A program made the position numbers and the translations under genes. Shown one piece after another: positions 27,466 to 36,899 of a stretch of DNA of 64,000 bases; position 1 is the stretch's first letter; each line of letters starts with the position of its first letter. Below the pieces are notes generated by a model, which had not been told where the DNA came from, made no database searches, and saw only the letters and a program-made list of their open reading frames with translations. The DNA comes from Fimbriimonadia bacterium (lineage in GTDB: Bacteria > Armatimonadota > Fimbriimonadia > Fimbriimonadales > JABRVX01): NCBI GenBank assembly GCA_041483895.1, contig JBGPGO010000006.1, forward strand, positions 128,001 to 192,000, read 5' to 3'.

Positions 27466-28336
27466 CGCGTTTTCTTCCGCAGAGGATGCATTGCGGGCGG
27501 CGCGCGATTATGCGTCGGGAAAAGGCGGTGGTTCGAGCGCCGCTGTCATTGAGAAACTGCATTCGGAAGGGATACGCGATCCGGAGCTGGAACGTTCGTT
27601 GCGCGGGAATCTCCAATCGAGGAAGAAGGCGATTGCCCGCATTTCGGAGCTGCGATCGGTATTGGAACTGCGCCATCCGGGATCGAAGATTGACGCGGAA
27701 AAGACTGCCCATGCGATCCTGAGCGATCCGATTTTCAAGAAGGCGAAGGCGGAGACAGGAGAGTCTGTTTTTGGCTCAATCGGCCGGTGGATTCGCGACC
27801 TGATCGAAAAGGTCGGCGCGTTCTTCCGCAGGCTGACGTCCGGGCTTTCCCCATCCGGCCCCGGGATTGCCAACTTCATATTTCTGATCATGATCTCCCT
27901 TGGGATCGCGGCCATCATCGTCGGCGCATACTTTGTCATCCGCAAATTCAACGTTCGGCTCGTCCGGCGGACGGGTTCCAAAGTTGTCGAGGCCGATGAA
28001 TATGTCTCCGCGAGCGTGAGCGACTGGCTTCGGCGCGCGGAACAGTACGCGGCGTCGGGGAATTGGCGATTGGCGGTCCGATGTCTGTACATGGCCACGC
28101 TCGCGCGGCTCGACGAGGCGGGGATGATCCGATACGAATCCGGCTTGACGAACTGGGAATATGTCCGAAGAACCCGGCGGTCGGGTGGGGAGCGCCTCCT
28201 GCCGATTTTGGAGCCAATGACGCTGGATTTCGACCAGTTTTGGTACGGCATGTTGGACCCCAACGATCGCGACTACGGACGGGCGCAAGCGGCATACACG
28301 GGAATTAGCGGCCTGATCGGGGAGCGTGCGGCGTGA
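27377..28336 (+). CDS. DUF4129 domain membrane protein (start uncertain, possibly TTG 27401 or 27407)
   Basis: A..G.WRLAVRCLYMA.L..L, TNWEY, FDQFWYG. Confidence 0.8.
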   Translation: MFEFGKRVLTLKCSQRRWLLAATILALCSSAFSSAEDALRAARDYASGKGGGSSAAVIEKLHSEGIRDPELERSLRGNLQSRKKAIARISELRSVLELRHPGSKIDAEKTAHAILSDPIFKKAKAETGESVFGSIGRWIRDLIEKVGAFFRRLTSGLSPSGPGIANFIFLIMISLGIAAIIVGAYFVIRKFNVRLVRRTGSKVVEADEYVSASVSDWLRRAEQYAASGNWRLAVRCLYMATLARLDEAGMIRYESGLTNWEYVRRTRRSGGERLLPILEPMTLDFDQFWYGMLDPNDRDYGRAQAAYTGISGLIGERAA

Positions 28337-29478
28337 AGATAGGCCGGTGGATGCTCGCCATCGCAGCCGTCTTGGCGGTGGGACTGTTTCTTGGGCTCTT
28401 TCAAGAGGGGATACGACCGGTGACAGACATGACATCCCACTCCACCTACTCCACCGATCCAGGCGGGACGGCCGCATTCTATCGATTGGTGGGAGAGGCG
28501 GGTCATGACGTAGAGCGCAATACGACACCGTTTGCCCAGTTGCAGCCGCGGCCAGGAGCGGTTGTCGTCCTTCTTCGGCAATTTCGGGGGATGGAAGGGG
28601 ACCTAACGCCCGAGATGAAGTCGTTGGTTGAACTCAGCAGGCGAGGCCAGAATGTCGTTTTGTTCGGCGTCGAGCATTTGAGCGCGCCGCAGGCATCGGT
28701 TTTCGGCCTTCGCGTGGTCCTCACGGAGGACCCCTCGCTCGATCCGGCGAATCCGTCGCTGCAACTCACGTCGTGGTTTTCGGAGCCGGGCGACGAGCGG
28801 ATCGTGGGAGAAGGTTGGATTCCGTTGCTTGGCGGGAAAGACGGTGCGTTCGCCTCCATTCGCCATTTCGATCAGGGTTGGATCGTCGCGTGCGTTTCGG
28901 CGGATGCCTTCATGAATCAGAATCTGGGTCAGAGCGGACATGCCGAATTGGGGCTGAAGGTCGTCGATTTGGCGGCTGCGGGCGGGAAGGCCGTTGCTTT
29001 CGACGAGACCCTCCACGGCTATTCGGAAGGGGATTCTCTTTGGACCCGCCTTGGGACAGCGGGGCGGGCGACGGTCTATCAGGCGCTGCTTGTATTCGCG
29101 GTTTTGGTGTTCAGCACGGGCAAAAGGTTTGGCTACCCCCTGCGGCGCCGTCCAAAGCAACCGCACACGGGTGAATATATCGAGGCCATCGCGCGGCTGT
29201 ATGAGCGGGCGAAGGCGCCGGGGTTGGCGTTGACCGCCATTCGCCGCGCAAGTATCCGCAAAATGGCCGCAATCGTACAATTGCCCGGAACAATTGAAGA
29301 GGAAAAGCTGCTTCAGCGCCTGCCGGTAGATTTACGGTCGGCGCTCCAGGAGTTCGACAATGTCGCCGGATCGGAACCAAACCAGGAGAGAGCAGTTCAG
29401 GCGACGGCGGCGCTAGACCGAGAAATTGAACGTTTTCGGTCGGACCGATCAACCAAAAGCCCGTTCAAAACATACTAA
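28333..29478 (+). CDS. DUF4350 domain protein
   Basis: STYSTDPGGTAAFY, F.NQNL, FDETLHG, KRFG.P, EYIEAIARLYERA. Confidence 0.8.
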   Translation: MKIGRWMLAIAAVLAVGLFLGLFQEGIRPVTDMTSHSTYSTDPGGTAAFYRLVGEAGHDVERNTTPFAQLQPRPGAVVVLLRQFRGMEGDLTPEMKSLVELSRRGQNVVLFGVEHLSAPQASVFGLRVVLTEDPSLDPANPSLQLTSWFSEPGDERIVGEGWIPLLGGKDGAFASIRHFDQGWIVACVSADAFMNQNLGQSGHAELGLKVVDLAAAGGKAVAFDETLHGYSEGDSLWTRLGTAGRATVYQALLVFAVLVFSTGKRFGYPLRRRPKQPHTGEYIEAIARLYERAKAPGLALTAIRRASIRKMAAIVQLPGTIEEEKLLQRLPVDLRSALQEFDNVAGSEPNQERAVQATAALDREIERFRSDRSTKSPFKTY

Positions 29479-29578
29479 TAGATCGTTTTGTGGGTAAAAT
29501 CGCCCAACCATAGGCAGGAAGTTCGGGGCCAATCCCTCGAGTCTGTGGTGAAGTATTGAACGGAGGAAATTAACCAAG

Positions 29579-29890
29579 ATGTTTAAGAAAATCATGTTGA
29601 TGCTCGTTGCGGGCGTGATCATGTCCTATGTCGTTGGCTGCAGCGGCAGCGGTGACACTGGCACCACCACCGAGAAGACGTCGACGACGACCGACACCGA
29701 TAAGAAGGCGGGCGGCGATTCAACGACGACCACCGATAAGACGACGACAACCACGACCGACAAAGGCACCATGGACACCGGGGCCCAGAAAAAGGATGAC
29801 GGAACAGTGGCGCCTGGTGGCGAGAAGAAGGAAGGCGACGGAGCCATGGCCCCGGGCGGCGACGCCACCAAGAAGGACGCGGGCAAGTAA
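29579..29890 (+). CDS. Small Thr/Asp/Lys-rich low-complexity lipoprotein
   Basis: Lipobox VVGC; GGAGG RBS. Confidence 0.75.
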   Translation: MFKKIMLMLVAGVIMSYVVGCSGSGDTGTTTEKTSTTTDTDKKAGGDSTTTTDKTTTTTTDKGTMDTGAQKKDDGTVAPGGEKKEGDGAMAPGGDATKKDAGK

Positions 29891-29965
29891 GCCTTTCGTC
29901 TCTTTATGTAAGTTGGAACTTGGCCGCACGGCGCTTCCGTCGTGCGGCTTCACTATGAGAGATCT

Positions 29966-30556
29966 ATGAACATTTGCAAATGGCTGTTGCTTGCCGGGTT
30001 GCTTTCGTTCTTGGGGTGCCGTGGCCCGGCGGGGACTACGGCGGACCACAAAACCCCTGCCGCGAGAAATCCAGACAAATTCCGATTCGCATTGGACATC
30101 GATCATCCGAAGGTCACTATCCATCTGACGGAGCCGAAATCCGCTATCGAAGGAGCGATCCCGAAACCGGCTTCGGCCACCGCGTTATTGTCGTCCAAGA
30201 TGCCGGATGGCTTCTCCTATTCGGGTTGGTCCGACAAACAGAATCAACAGACCGTCGTCAACTGGTTCCGAAACGGGGCGCTGATTCTCGCATCCTATTC
30301 GATCGCGGGCCTGGATCGGTCGGCAGTGAATGAGCGCGTCCAGTCTTACGTCGACAAGTATGGGAAACCGGCGGAGGAGCAGAGCGCCGGTCATATGATT
30401 CGGCAGTTCGGAACGAGCTCGGACGCGAGCACGTTGCGATTGGAAACGTTCCGGAACGGCGATAGGTATCGGTTTTCCGCCACGCTGGCGGATGAGGATG
30501 AGGTACATGCCATGAACGAAGCGCTGAAATCGATTCGGGTGGGGAAAAAACCATGA
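29966..30556 (+). CDS. Hypothetical lipoprotein
   Basis: MNICKWLLLAGLLSFLGC lipoprotein signal; ATGA overlap with the next gene. Confidence 0.72.
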   Translation: MNICKWLLLAGLLSFLGCRGPAGTTADHKTPAARNPDKFRFALDIDHPKVTIHLTEPKSAIEGAIPKPASATALLSSKMPDGFSYSGWSDKQNQQTVVNWFRNGALILASYSIAGLDRSAVNERVQSYVDKYGKPAEEQSAGHMIRQFGTSSDASTLRLETFRNGDRYRFSATLADEDEVHAMNEALKSIRVGKKP

Positions 30557-31086
30557 GAACTTTGATGATTGTGGCGTTCGCGGTCGCACTATGCGGCTGC
30601 GGCGGCAAGCAGAAAACCGCCGTTGCGCCGATCGCCAAGGAAGACGCAAAGCTCGTTCTTTTGGGTGTGGATCCCATGCCCCTTGGCGCCGATTCAAAGC
30701 AGGTGGAAGCCGCTTTTCCGCCGCCGGAAGACGCCAGCGCTCCTTCCGAGGATGATTTGAAGGTTCTGCCGGACCATCCATACTTTGCTTGGAAGGCGTC
30801 CAGTCAGGAGATCTTCGCCGCGGTGTTCGACAAGGATCATAAGTCCTTGCAGGAGGCGATCCATCGGATCCGGATTCAGGACACTAAGGAGGCGGAAGGG
30901 ATTTTCGCGGACTATGCAAAGCGGCTAGGGAAAGGGACGCGGCGCGAGGGCGACAATTGGATCGAGGTCAGCTATATCCGGGACGGGCAGAAGTTGGTTT
31001 TGTTCGCCAAGAAGGAGAACGACTTCTCGACGTTCAATTCGCACCTTTCGTATACTAGCAATACTGAGGAGGGTAAGAAATCATGA
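30553..31086 (+). CDS. Hypothetical lipoprotein
   Basis: MRTLMIVAFAVALCGC signal; ATGA overlaps on both sides. Confidence 0.75.
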   Translation: MRTLMIVAFAVALCGCGGKQKTAVAPIAKEDAKLVLLGVDPMPLGADSKQVEAAFPPPEDASAPSEDDLKVLPDHPYFAWKASSQEIFAAVFDKDHKSLQEAIHRIRIQDTKEAEGIFADYAKRLGKGTRREGDNWIEVSYIRDGQKLVLFAKKENDFSTFNSHLSYTSNTEEGKKS

Positions 31087-31553
31087 GAATGATTGTAGCG
31101 GTATTTGCGTTGACGGCGTTGATGATTGCTGGGTGCAACGGTCCACCACCCCCGTCGGACCAGGACAAGGCAGGGACTCCATCAAAGCCGATTGCCGAAC
31201 CGCCGCAGCCGAAGGCCGACTATGCCGCATTGCGGAAGGCGGTTGAAGATTCCTTGGCGGCCTATAAGAAGAATCCAAAGGATGCGGATGCAACTTTGGG
31301 ATACTCCAAGGCGCTGACCGACTATGGCAATGCGATTCAAATGGACCCGGCGTTTTCAAACAAGATCAAGTATCGCCAGGCCATCCAGTTCTTTCGGAAG
31401 GCGGTGAAGCTCGACCCGAAAAATGATGAAGCTCAGGCATATTTGAATCAGATCGTGGCCATCTACCATTCAATCCCCAAACCGGTCCCCGGCGAGGCCG
31501 AGCCGAACTTGGAACTCCCGAAAGCGGAGTCGGGCGGCTCTCCTCAGGGATAG
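31083..31553 (+). CDS. TPR-containing lipoprotein
   Basis: IAGC lipobox; YRQAIQFFRKAVKLDPKNDEA TPR motif. Confidence 0.8.
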   Translation: MRMIVAVFALTALMIAGCNGPPPPSDQDKAGTPSKPIAEPPQPKADYAALRKAVEDSLAAYKKNPKDADATLGYSKALTDYGNAIQMDPAFSNKIKYRQAIQFFRKAVKLDPKNDEAQAYLNQIVAIYHSIPKPVPGEAEPNLELPKAESGGSPQG

Positions 31554-31557
31554 TCCA

Positions 31558-32082
31558 ATGAAGAGCTTCGATGTCAAGCCGGTTTCTGGAATCGAGCCGG
31601 CGCTGGGGCTGCAGCTTGCCATGCTGGCGAACACCACCTGGGAGGCGCGGGACGATTTGGGGCGCGTGGGCGTCGAGGCTTTGCGCTGGCAGGCCTTTCC
31701 CGGCGGGCACAGCATCGGGGGTGTTCTCCTTCATGTGATCGATGTGGAGGCCTATTGGGTCGAGCGGGTGGGGGCGAAGAAGCGGCCCGATCCGGAGGAG
31801 TTGAAGCTGCTCATGGCCGATGAGATAGACCAGGGCCGCGAGAAGTGGCCGACGCCGCCGAAGAGGCCGCTTTCCTGGTACTACGAGTTGCAGGATCGGG
31901 TTCGGGAGCGGACGATCCGGACAGTGGGGGAGCTTGGCCGTTCGGATTTGGCGTCGGAGCGATCGTCCGGCGGGCACAAGATGCGGTTTACGTTGCGATG
32001 GATTTTGAGTCATGTGATTCAGCATGAGGCGTATCATTCCGGGCAGGCAGTGTTGTTGAAGATGTTGCATAAGCGGCGTTGA
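31558..32082 (+). CDS. DinB/YfiT family protein
   Basis: HSIGGVLLHV...E.YW and WILSHVIQHEAYHSGQ. Confidence 0.87.
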   Translation: MKSFDVKPVSGIEPALGLQLAMLANTTWEARDDLGRVGVEALRWQAFPGGHSIGGVLLHVIDVEAYWVERVGAKKRPDPEELKLLMADEIDQGREKWPTPPKRPLSWYYELQDRVRERTIRTVGELGRSDLASERSSGGHKMRFTLRWILSHVIQHEAYHSGQAVLLKMLHKRR

Positions 32083-32091
32083 CTTCGCTTC

Positions 32092-32337
32092 GTAACGCTG
32101 CCTTCCAGGCGGCATACTTTGCGACTCGGTCGGGAGACCGGTCGCATCGCCTCGGGGCGGTAACGCTGCCGTCCAGGCGGCATCTTCTTTGCGACTCGGT
32201 CAGGAGACCGGTCGCATCCGCAGAGAACCTTGCGACTCGGTCGGGAGACCGGTCGCATCGTCGCATCGTCGCATCGTCGCATCGTCAGGACACTTGCGAC
32301 TCGGTCTGGAGACCGGTCGCATCGAACCGGTCGCATC
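32092..32337. repeat. BIME-like mosaic repeat cluster (families E1 and E2 plus 8-bp tandem)
   Basis: 4x TGCGACTCGGTCNGGAGACCGGTCGCATC (32120, 32190, 32231, 32295), 2x GTAACGCTGCCNTCCAGGCGGCAT (32092, 32160), tandem GTCGCATC. Confidence 0.9.
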
Positions 32338-32338
32338 A

Positions 32339-33490
32339 TCAGTAAAGGAACATGGGCTTGTTGAGGACGTGGCGGACGACCGGCTTATACCGCTCGGCAT
32401 CGTAGAACTCCTCCACATCCACCTGCTTCCGGCATGTCCCCACGTCTTCTAACGGCGTCGTGCCGTAGTTGCCGGAATGGATGGCGATGAGCTTGCCCGT
32501 TTCGCCGCGCCCCAGCAGCTGCGCAGCAAGGTGCCCGAAACTTAATGCGACCATTCTGTCAAGCGAATCCGGCGTGCCCCCGCGCATCAGGTAGCCGAGG
32601 CTTTGCGATATCGTCTGCTCCCCAGAGATACGCTCGATCTGCTTCGCCACCATCTCTCCGATGCCGCCGAGCTTTTTGTGGCCATAGGCATCCGGTTCGC
32701 CCCCTTCAATGACCTGGCCATCGATCGTCCGCGCCCCTTCGGAGATGGTCATGACCGCATAGTCGCTCGGGCTCCCGGCTTTATCCGCCTTGAGGAAAAA
32801 GGCAAGCTTCTCGATATCGAACGGCACCTCGGAGATGACGGCGCGGTCGACGTTCGCCAGATAGGCGCTGATGAGAGATGTTTCGCCCGAATTACGGCCG
32901 AACAGCTCGATGACGGCGATGCGCTCGTGGGAGCCGGCCGGAGTTCTAAGGCTGGTGATGAAGTCCACGCTGCGGGTGATGGCGGTCGAAAATCCGATGC
33001 AGTAGTCGGTTCCATACACGTCGTTGTCCATGGTCTTCGGGACCGCAACGACTTGCACTCCCTCCTTATGCAGCCGGGTCGCATAGCTCAGGGTGTCGTC
33101 GCCGCCGATGACGACGAGGGCCTCGATATGGAGATGGTCGAGAACGCGCAAGACATGCTTTGTGTGATCGCGGCGCTCGTCCGGGTCTTCCCCGCCTTGG
33201 AGCAAGAAGGCCGGGGTGTGCCTGTTTCGCACGCTTTGGGGGTTGGTGCGGGAGGTGTGCAAAATGGTGCCGCCCGTGCGGTCTATGGTCCGGACCGAAA
33301 GACGGTTGAGCGGCCGGAGCCACTCTTCCTGGGCCTCATCGAGGTCCGGGTTGAAGTTGAGCAGTCCGGCCCATCCGCGCCGGATGCCGATTAGGTCGTG
33401 GCCGGCATCGATCAGGTCGTCCGCTGCGGCTTTGATACATGCATTGAGGCCGGGCACATCTCCCCCGCCCGTCAAAATCCCTACACGCAC
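32339..33490 (-). CDS. pfkA: 6-phosphofructokinase, PfkA family, probably PPi-dependent
   Basis: [49 protein letters not shown]. Confidence 0.92.
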   Translation of the reverse strand: MRVGILTGGGDVPGLNACIKAAADDLIDAGHDLIGIRRGWAGLLNFNPDLDEAQEEWLRPLNRLSVRTIDRTGGTILHTSRTNPQSVRNRHTPAFLLQGGEDPDERRDHTKHVLRVLDHLHIEALVVIGGDDTLSYATRLHKEGVQVVAVPKTMDNDVYGTDYCIGFSTAITRSVDFITSLRTPAGSHERIAVIELFGRNSGETSLISAYLANVDRAVISEVPFDIEKLAFFLKADKAGSPSDYAVMTISEGARTIDGQVIEGGEPDAYGHKKLGGIGEMVAKQIERISGEQTISQSLGYLMRGGTPDSLDRMVALSFGHLAAQLLGRGETGKLIAIHSGNYGTTPLEDVGTCRKQVDVEEFYDAERYKPVVRHVLNKPMFLY

Positions 33491-33620
33491 TCTGTAATCC
33501 TCACGCTTAGAGTCTACCCAGTCAGCCGCGCTTGGGAAGGACCATCGGCGGGCTGAGTAGAAAGTTGAGGTGCAATAGTGCTATAAGCATTGCCAATGCC
33601 CATACGCGCGAGGTTTTGAA

Positions 33621-36284
33621 TTGAGATTGATTCAAGTTTTGCTCCTGACGGCCCTGTTCTGCCCGTCTCTTTCGATCGCGGACGACAAGCCGCCGCCCAC
33701 GACTCTTACTGCCAGTATCCTCAACAACTTTGAATGGAGAAACATCGGTCCATCCAGCATGGGAGGCCGCGTCTCCGACATCGCCGTGGACCCGCAGCAT
33801 CCGTACGTGATCTACGTCGGCCTGTCGACCGGCGGCGTGATCAAGTCCACGAATAATGGCACGAATTGGAGCCCGCTTTTCGATGATCAACCTGCGCTGT
33901 CGATCGGCGCGGTGGCGGTCGCCCCGTCCAACCCGGATATCGTCTGGGTCGGAACCGGGGAGCCGAACGGCCGGAACAGCTCCGGGTGGGGCGACGGGGT
34001 CTACAAGTCGACCGACGGGGGCAAGTCGTGGAACATGATGGGTCTGGCCGACGCCCGGCATTGCGCCCGCATCCTGATCGATCCGAAGAACCCCGACATC
34101 GTTTGGGTGGCGGCGGTCGGGCATTTGTGGGACACCAATGAGACCCGTGGCGTGTTCAAAACCGCAGACGGCGGCAAGACCTGGAAGCATGTTCTGAAGA
34201 TTGACGACAAGACCGGATGTATCGACCTGGCGATGGGAACGGATGGGATGATGTATGCGGCGATGTACCAGCGGCTTCGAACCCCTTGGAGCTTCTCCGG
34301 AACGGGGGACACCGCCGGGCTGTATCGGTCGAAGGATGCCGGCGAGACGTGGGAGAGGCTGAAGAAGGGGCTGCCGGAGCCGCCACTAGGCCGCATTGGC
34401 GTCAGCGTATCGCTCAGCAATCCCAAGGTCGTGATGGCGGTCATTGAATCCCAGCGTGGAGGCGGAGGGTCGATCAATACCGAACGGAGCAAAGAAGGCG
34501 GAATCTTTCGATCCGAAGACGGTGGCGATCACTGGGAGCGGATGAGTCAGAACGTGCCGCGCGGATTCTACTTCGGCCAACTGCGCGTCGATCCAAAGGA
34601 CGACAAGAAGGTGTATCTACTCGGCACCAACCTGACGATGTCCACCGATGCGGGAAAGACCTTTAAGGCCTTTGGGCGCGGTATTCACCCCGATTTCCAT
34701 GCGCTCTGGATCGATCCCGCCAACACGGACCGGGCAATCTGCGGCTGCGACGGTGGAATCTTCGCGACGTACGATGCCGGCAAGACCTGGGATGCGATCA
34801 GCAATTTCCCGATGTCGCAGTTCTATGAAATCGCCGCGGACAATCGCGATCCGTTCCACGTCTATGGCGGGCTGCAAGACAACGACTGTTGGGAGGCGCC
34901 CAGCGCCACGAAGACCTCTACGGGCGTCAGCAACGCCGATTGGATGGACCTTCAGGCCGGCGGGGACGGATTCTATGCCGCGCCGGATATTCGCAATCCC
35001 AACATCATCTATTTCGAATCGCAGGGCGGAAGCATTACTCGCATGGACCGCACCACGGGACGCCGCAAGGGAATTCGGCTGTTTGCCCCGGAGGGGAGCC
35101 AGTCCATCCGATTCAACTGGAATACGCCGTTCATGCTTTCCCGTCACAATCCGGACAACCTGCTGGTCGGCGGAAATAAGTTGTTCAAGGTTTGGCAGGA
35201 AGGGGACAGCTTCGAGCCGATCAGCCCGGACTTGACGAAGAACAACCCGGCCCGGATCAACACGGAAGGTTCCGGCGCGGAGACCTACGGCACGATTGTC
35301 ACCATCGATGAGTCGCCAATGAAAGAGGGCGTGATCTGGTGCGGCACGGACGATGGGAACGTACAGGTGACCCAAGATTACGGCAAGACCTGGGAGAATG
35401 TTGGCGTTCATCTTCCCAAAGAGATACAGGAGTTTTACGTGCAGCGGGTCGCGGCGTCGAAATATGATCTCGGCACCGCGTACCTTGCCGTCGGCGGCCA
35501 TCGCAACGGAGTCACCAAGCCGTTCCTATTCAAGACTACGGACTTTGGGAAGACCTGGAAGCCCATCATGGGGGATCTCCCCGATAATGGACCGATCCAG
35601 ACCGTGCGGGAAGGCTGTGTCGCGCCCGGCGTTCTGTTTGTGGGGACGACATTCGGATGCTTTGTTTCCAATAACGATGGCGGACATTGGGAGAAGCTGA
35701 TGAAGGGGCTGCCTACCGTCGAGGTGGATGACCTGTTCGTCCATCCCCGCGACCACGCGATTGCGGCCGCGACGCATGGACGAGGTGTGTACATTCTCGA
35801 CAACGTCTGCGCTTTGGAGGAGCTAACGCCGGAAGTGATGGCGAAGGATGTCCATCTGTGCGCCATTCCGGCCACCTCCGTCTATCCAATCATCCCCGGT
35901 CCCCAGCTTTCCAGCCGCGAATATGTCGCCCGAAATCCTTATCGGGGAGCGGTCATCTACTATTGGCTGAAGGCCACCACCAAAGAGACGCCGCGGATAT
36001 CGATCCAAGACAGCGGCGGCAAGGAAGTGTTCGGCGACAATGGGGAGAAGGAGGCCGGTTTGCAGCGGGTTCGCTGGGACCTGCGGAGGCCGGACGAATC
36101 CGGCACGGGCGGTGGCGGGCGGCGGTTCAATCCGGATTTCACACCCAGCGTTAGCGTGGACCCTGGTGTCTATACCGTGACCCTACGGATCGGCTCCCAA
36201 AGCTGGACGCAGGAGCTGACCGTGCGGGAACCCGTGGAAGATGCCAAGCCTGCCGAGAAGCCGAAAGAAGGCCCCGGCGGATAA
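33621..36284 (+). CDS. Secreted BNR/VPS10 (sortilin-like) repeat protein, putative glycosyl hydrolase
   Basis: WRNIGP..MGGRV, repeated S.DGG.TW Asp-boxes, GGLQDN, RFNWNTP, ATHGRG. Confidence 0.88.
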   Translation: MRLIQVLLLTALFCPSLSIADDKPPPTTLTASILNNFEWRNIGPSSMGGRVSDIAVDPQHPYVIYVGLSTGGVIKSTNNGTNWSPLFDDQPALSIGAVAVAPSNPDIVWVGTGEPNGRNSSGWGDGVYKSTDGGKSWNMMGLADARHCARILIDPKNPDIVWVAAVGHLWDTNETRGVFKTADGGKTWKHVLKIDDKTGCIDLAMGTDGMMYAAMYQRLRTPWSFSGTGDTAGLYRSKDAGETWERLKKGLPEPPLGRIGVSVSLSNPKVVMAVIESQRGGGGSINTERSKEGGIFRSEDGGDHWERMSQNVPRGFYFGQLRVDPKDDKKVYLLGTNLTMSTDAGKTFKAFGRGIHPDFHALWIDPANTDRAICGCDGGIFATYDAGKTWDAISNFPMSQFYEIAADNRDPFHVYGGLQDNDCWEAPSATKTSTGVSNADWMDLQAGGDGFYAAPDIRNPNIIYFESQGGSITRMDRTTGRRKGIRLFAPEGSQSIRFNWNTPFMLSRHNPDNLLVGGNKLFKVWQEGDSFEPISPDLTKNNPARINTEGSGAETYGTIVTIDESPMKEGVIWCGTDDGNVQVTQDYGKTWENVGVHLPKEIQEFYVQRVAASKYDLGTAYLAVGGHRNGVTKPFLFKTTDFGKTWKPIMGDLPDNGPIQTVREGCVAPGVLFVGTTFGCFVSNNDGGHWEKLMKGLPTVEVDDLFVHPRDHAIAAATHGRGVYILDNVCALEELTPEVMAKDVHLCAIPATSVYPIIPGPQLSSREYVARNPYRGAVIYYWLKATTKETPRISIQDSGGKEVFGDNGEKEAGLQRVRWDLRRPDESGTGGGGRRFNPDFTPSVSVDPGVYTVTLRIGSQSWTQELTVREPVEDAKPAEKPKEGPGG

Positions 36285-36399
36285 TAGGCCGGTAGGAGTA
36301 CGAGCGATGACCCGGAATCCCTGCGCCTCGGCGGGATTTTGGCAACAATTGGTTTAATTCGTCTGCATTCGCGCGGACGCACGTGTAAGGGAGCACACA

Positions 36400-36897
36400 A
36401 TGATTTCTAAGGTCGTTTCCGTTTCAATCGGCTTCGGGTTGGGGATGGCGAGCCTGATTGCCATGCCGACGTTTTCCCTGAAGCAGGATTTCGCCGCCAC
36501 AATCAAGCCGGATACTCTGAAGACTATGATCTCTGGGCTTGGGTACGAGATGAAGGATTTGACCACAGAGAAATGGGAGTTCACCGTAACAAAATCGAAC
36601 ACGGACATTCCTATCGCGGCGGAAATCAGCAAGAGCGGCGCGCGGATCTGGCTCACAGTGTTCTTGGGGACTATCAGTGCGAAGGACAAGGGCGATGCCG
36701 GCTACATGCTGGAGCTCTTGAAAAAGAACTCTGAAATCCAGCCTGTCCAGTTCTACTCCACTGAGAAAGATGAACTGATGATGGGGCTCCCCCTCGACAA
36801 TCGGGGAATGTCACCCGCAATCTTGCGCAAACAGATCGATTTCTTGACCGACCAGGTCGTCGCAACCGATAAGCTCTGGAACAATCGGGGCAAGTAG
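36400..36897 (+). CDS. Exported hypothetical protein, possibly type III chaperone-like (CesT/YbjN) fold
   Basis: N-terminal hydrophobic segment; LELLKKN..I.P..F and LDNRGMSPA.LR..ID...V..T..LW pattern. Confidence 0.6.
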   Translation: MISKVVSVSIGFGLGMASLIAMPTFSLKQDFAATIKPDTLKTMISGLGYEMKDLTTEKWEFTVTKSNTDIPIAAEISKSGARIWLTVFLGTISAKDKGDAGYMLELLKKNSEIQPVQFYSTEKDELMMGLPLDNRGMSPAILRKQIDFLTDQVVATDKLWNNRGK

Positions 36898-36899
36898 CG

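Noticed and set aside
32092..32337. Possible CRISPR array (four 29-bp palindromic repeats)
   Set aside because: Spacers are 41, 12 and 35 bp and are themselves made of repeats; no leader and no cas genes in the window
32034..32452. Short ORFs with repeated RCDRSPDRVA / MRPVSRPSRK peptides
   Set aside because: Translations of the non-coding repeat mosaic
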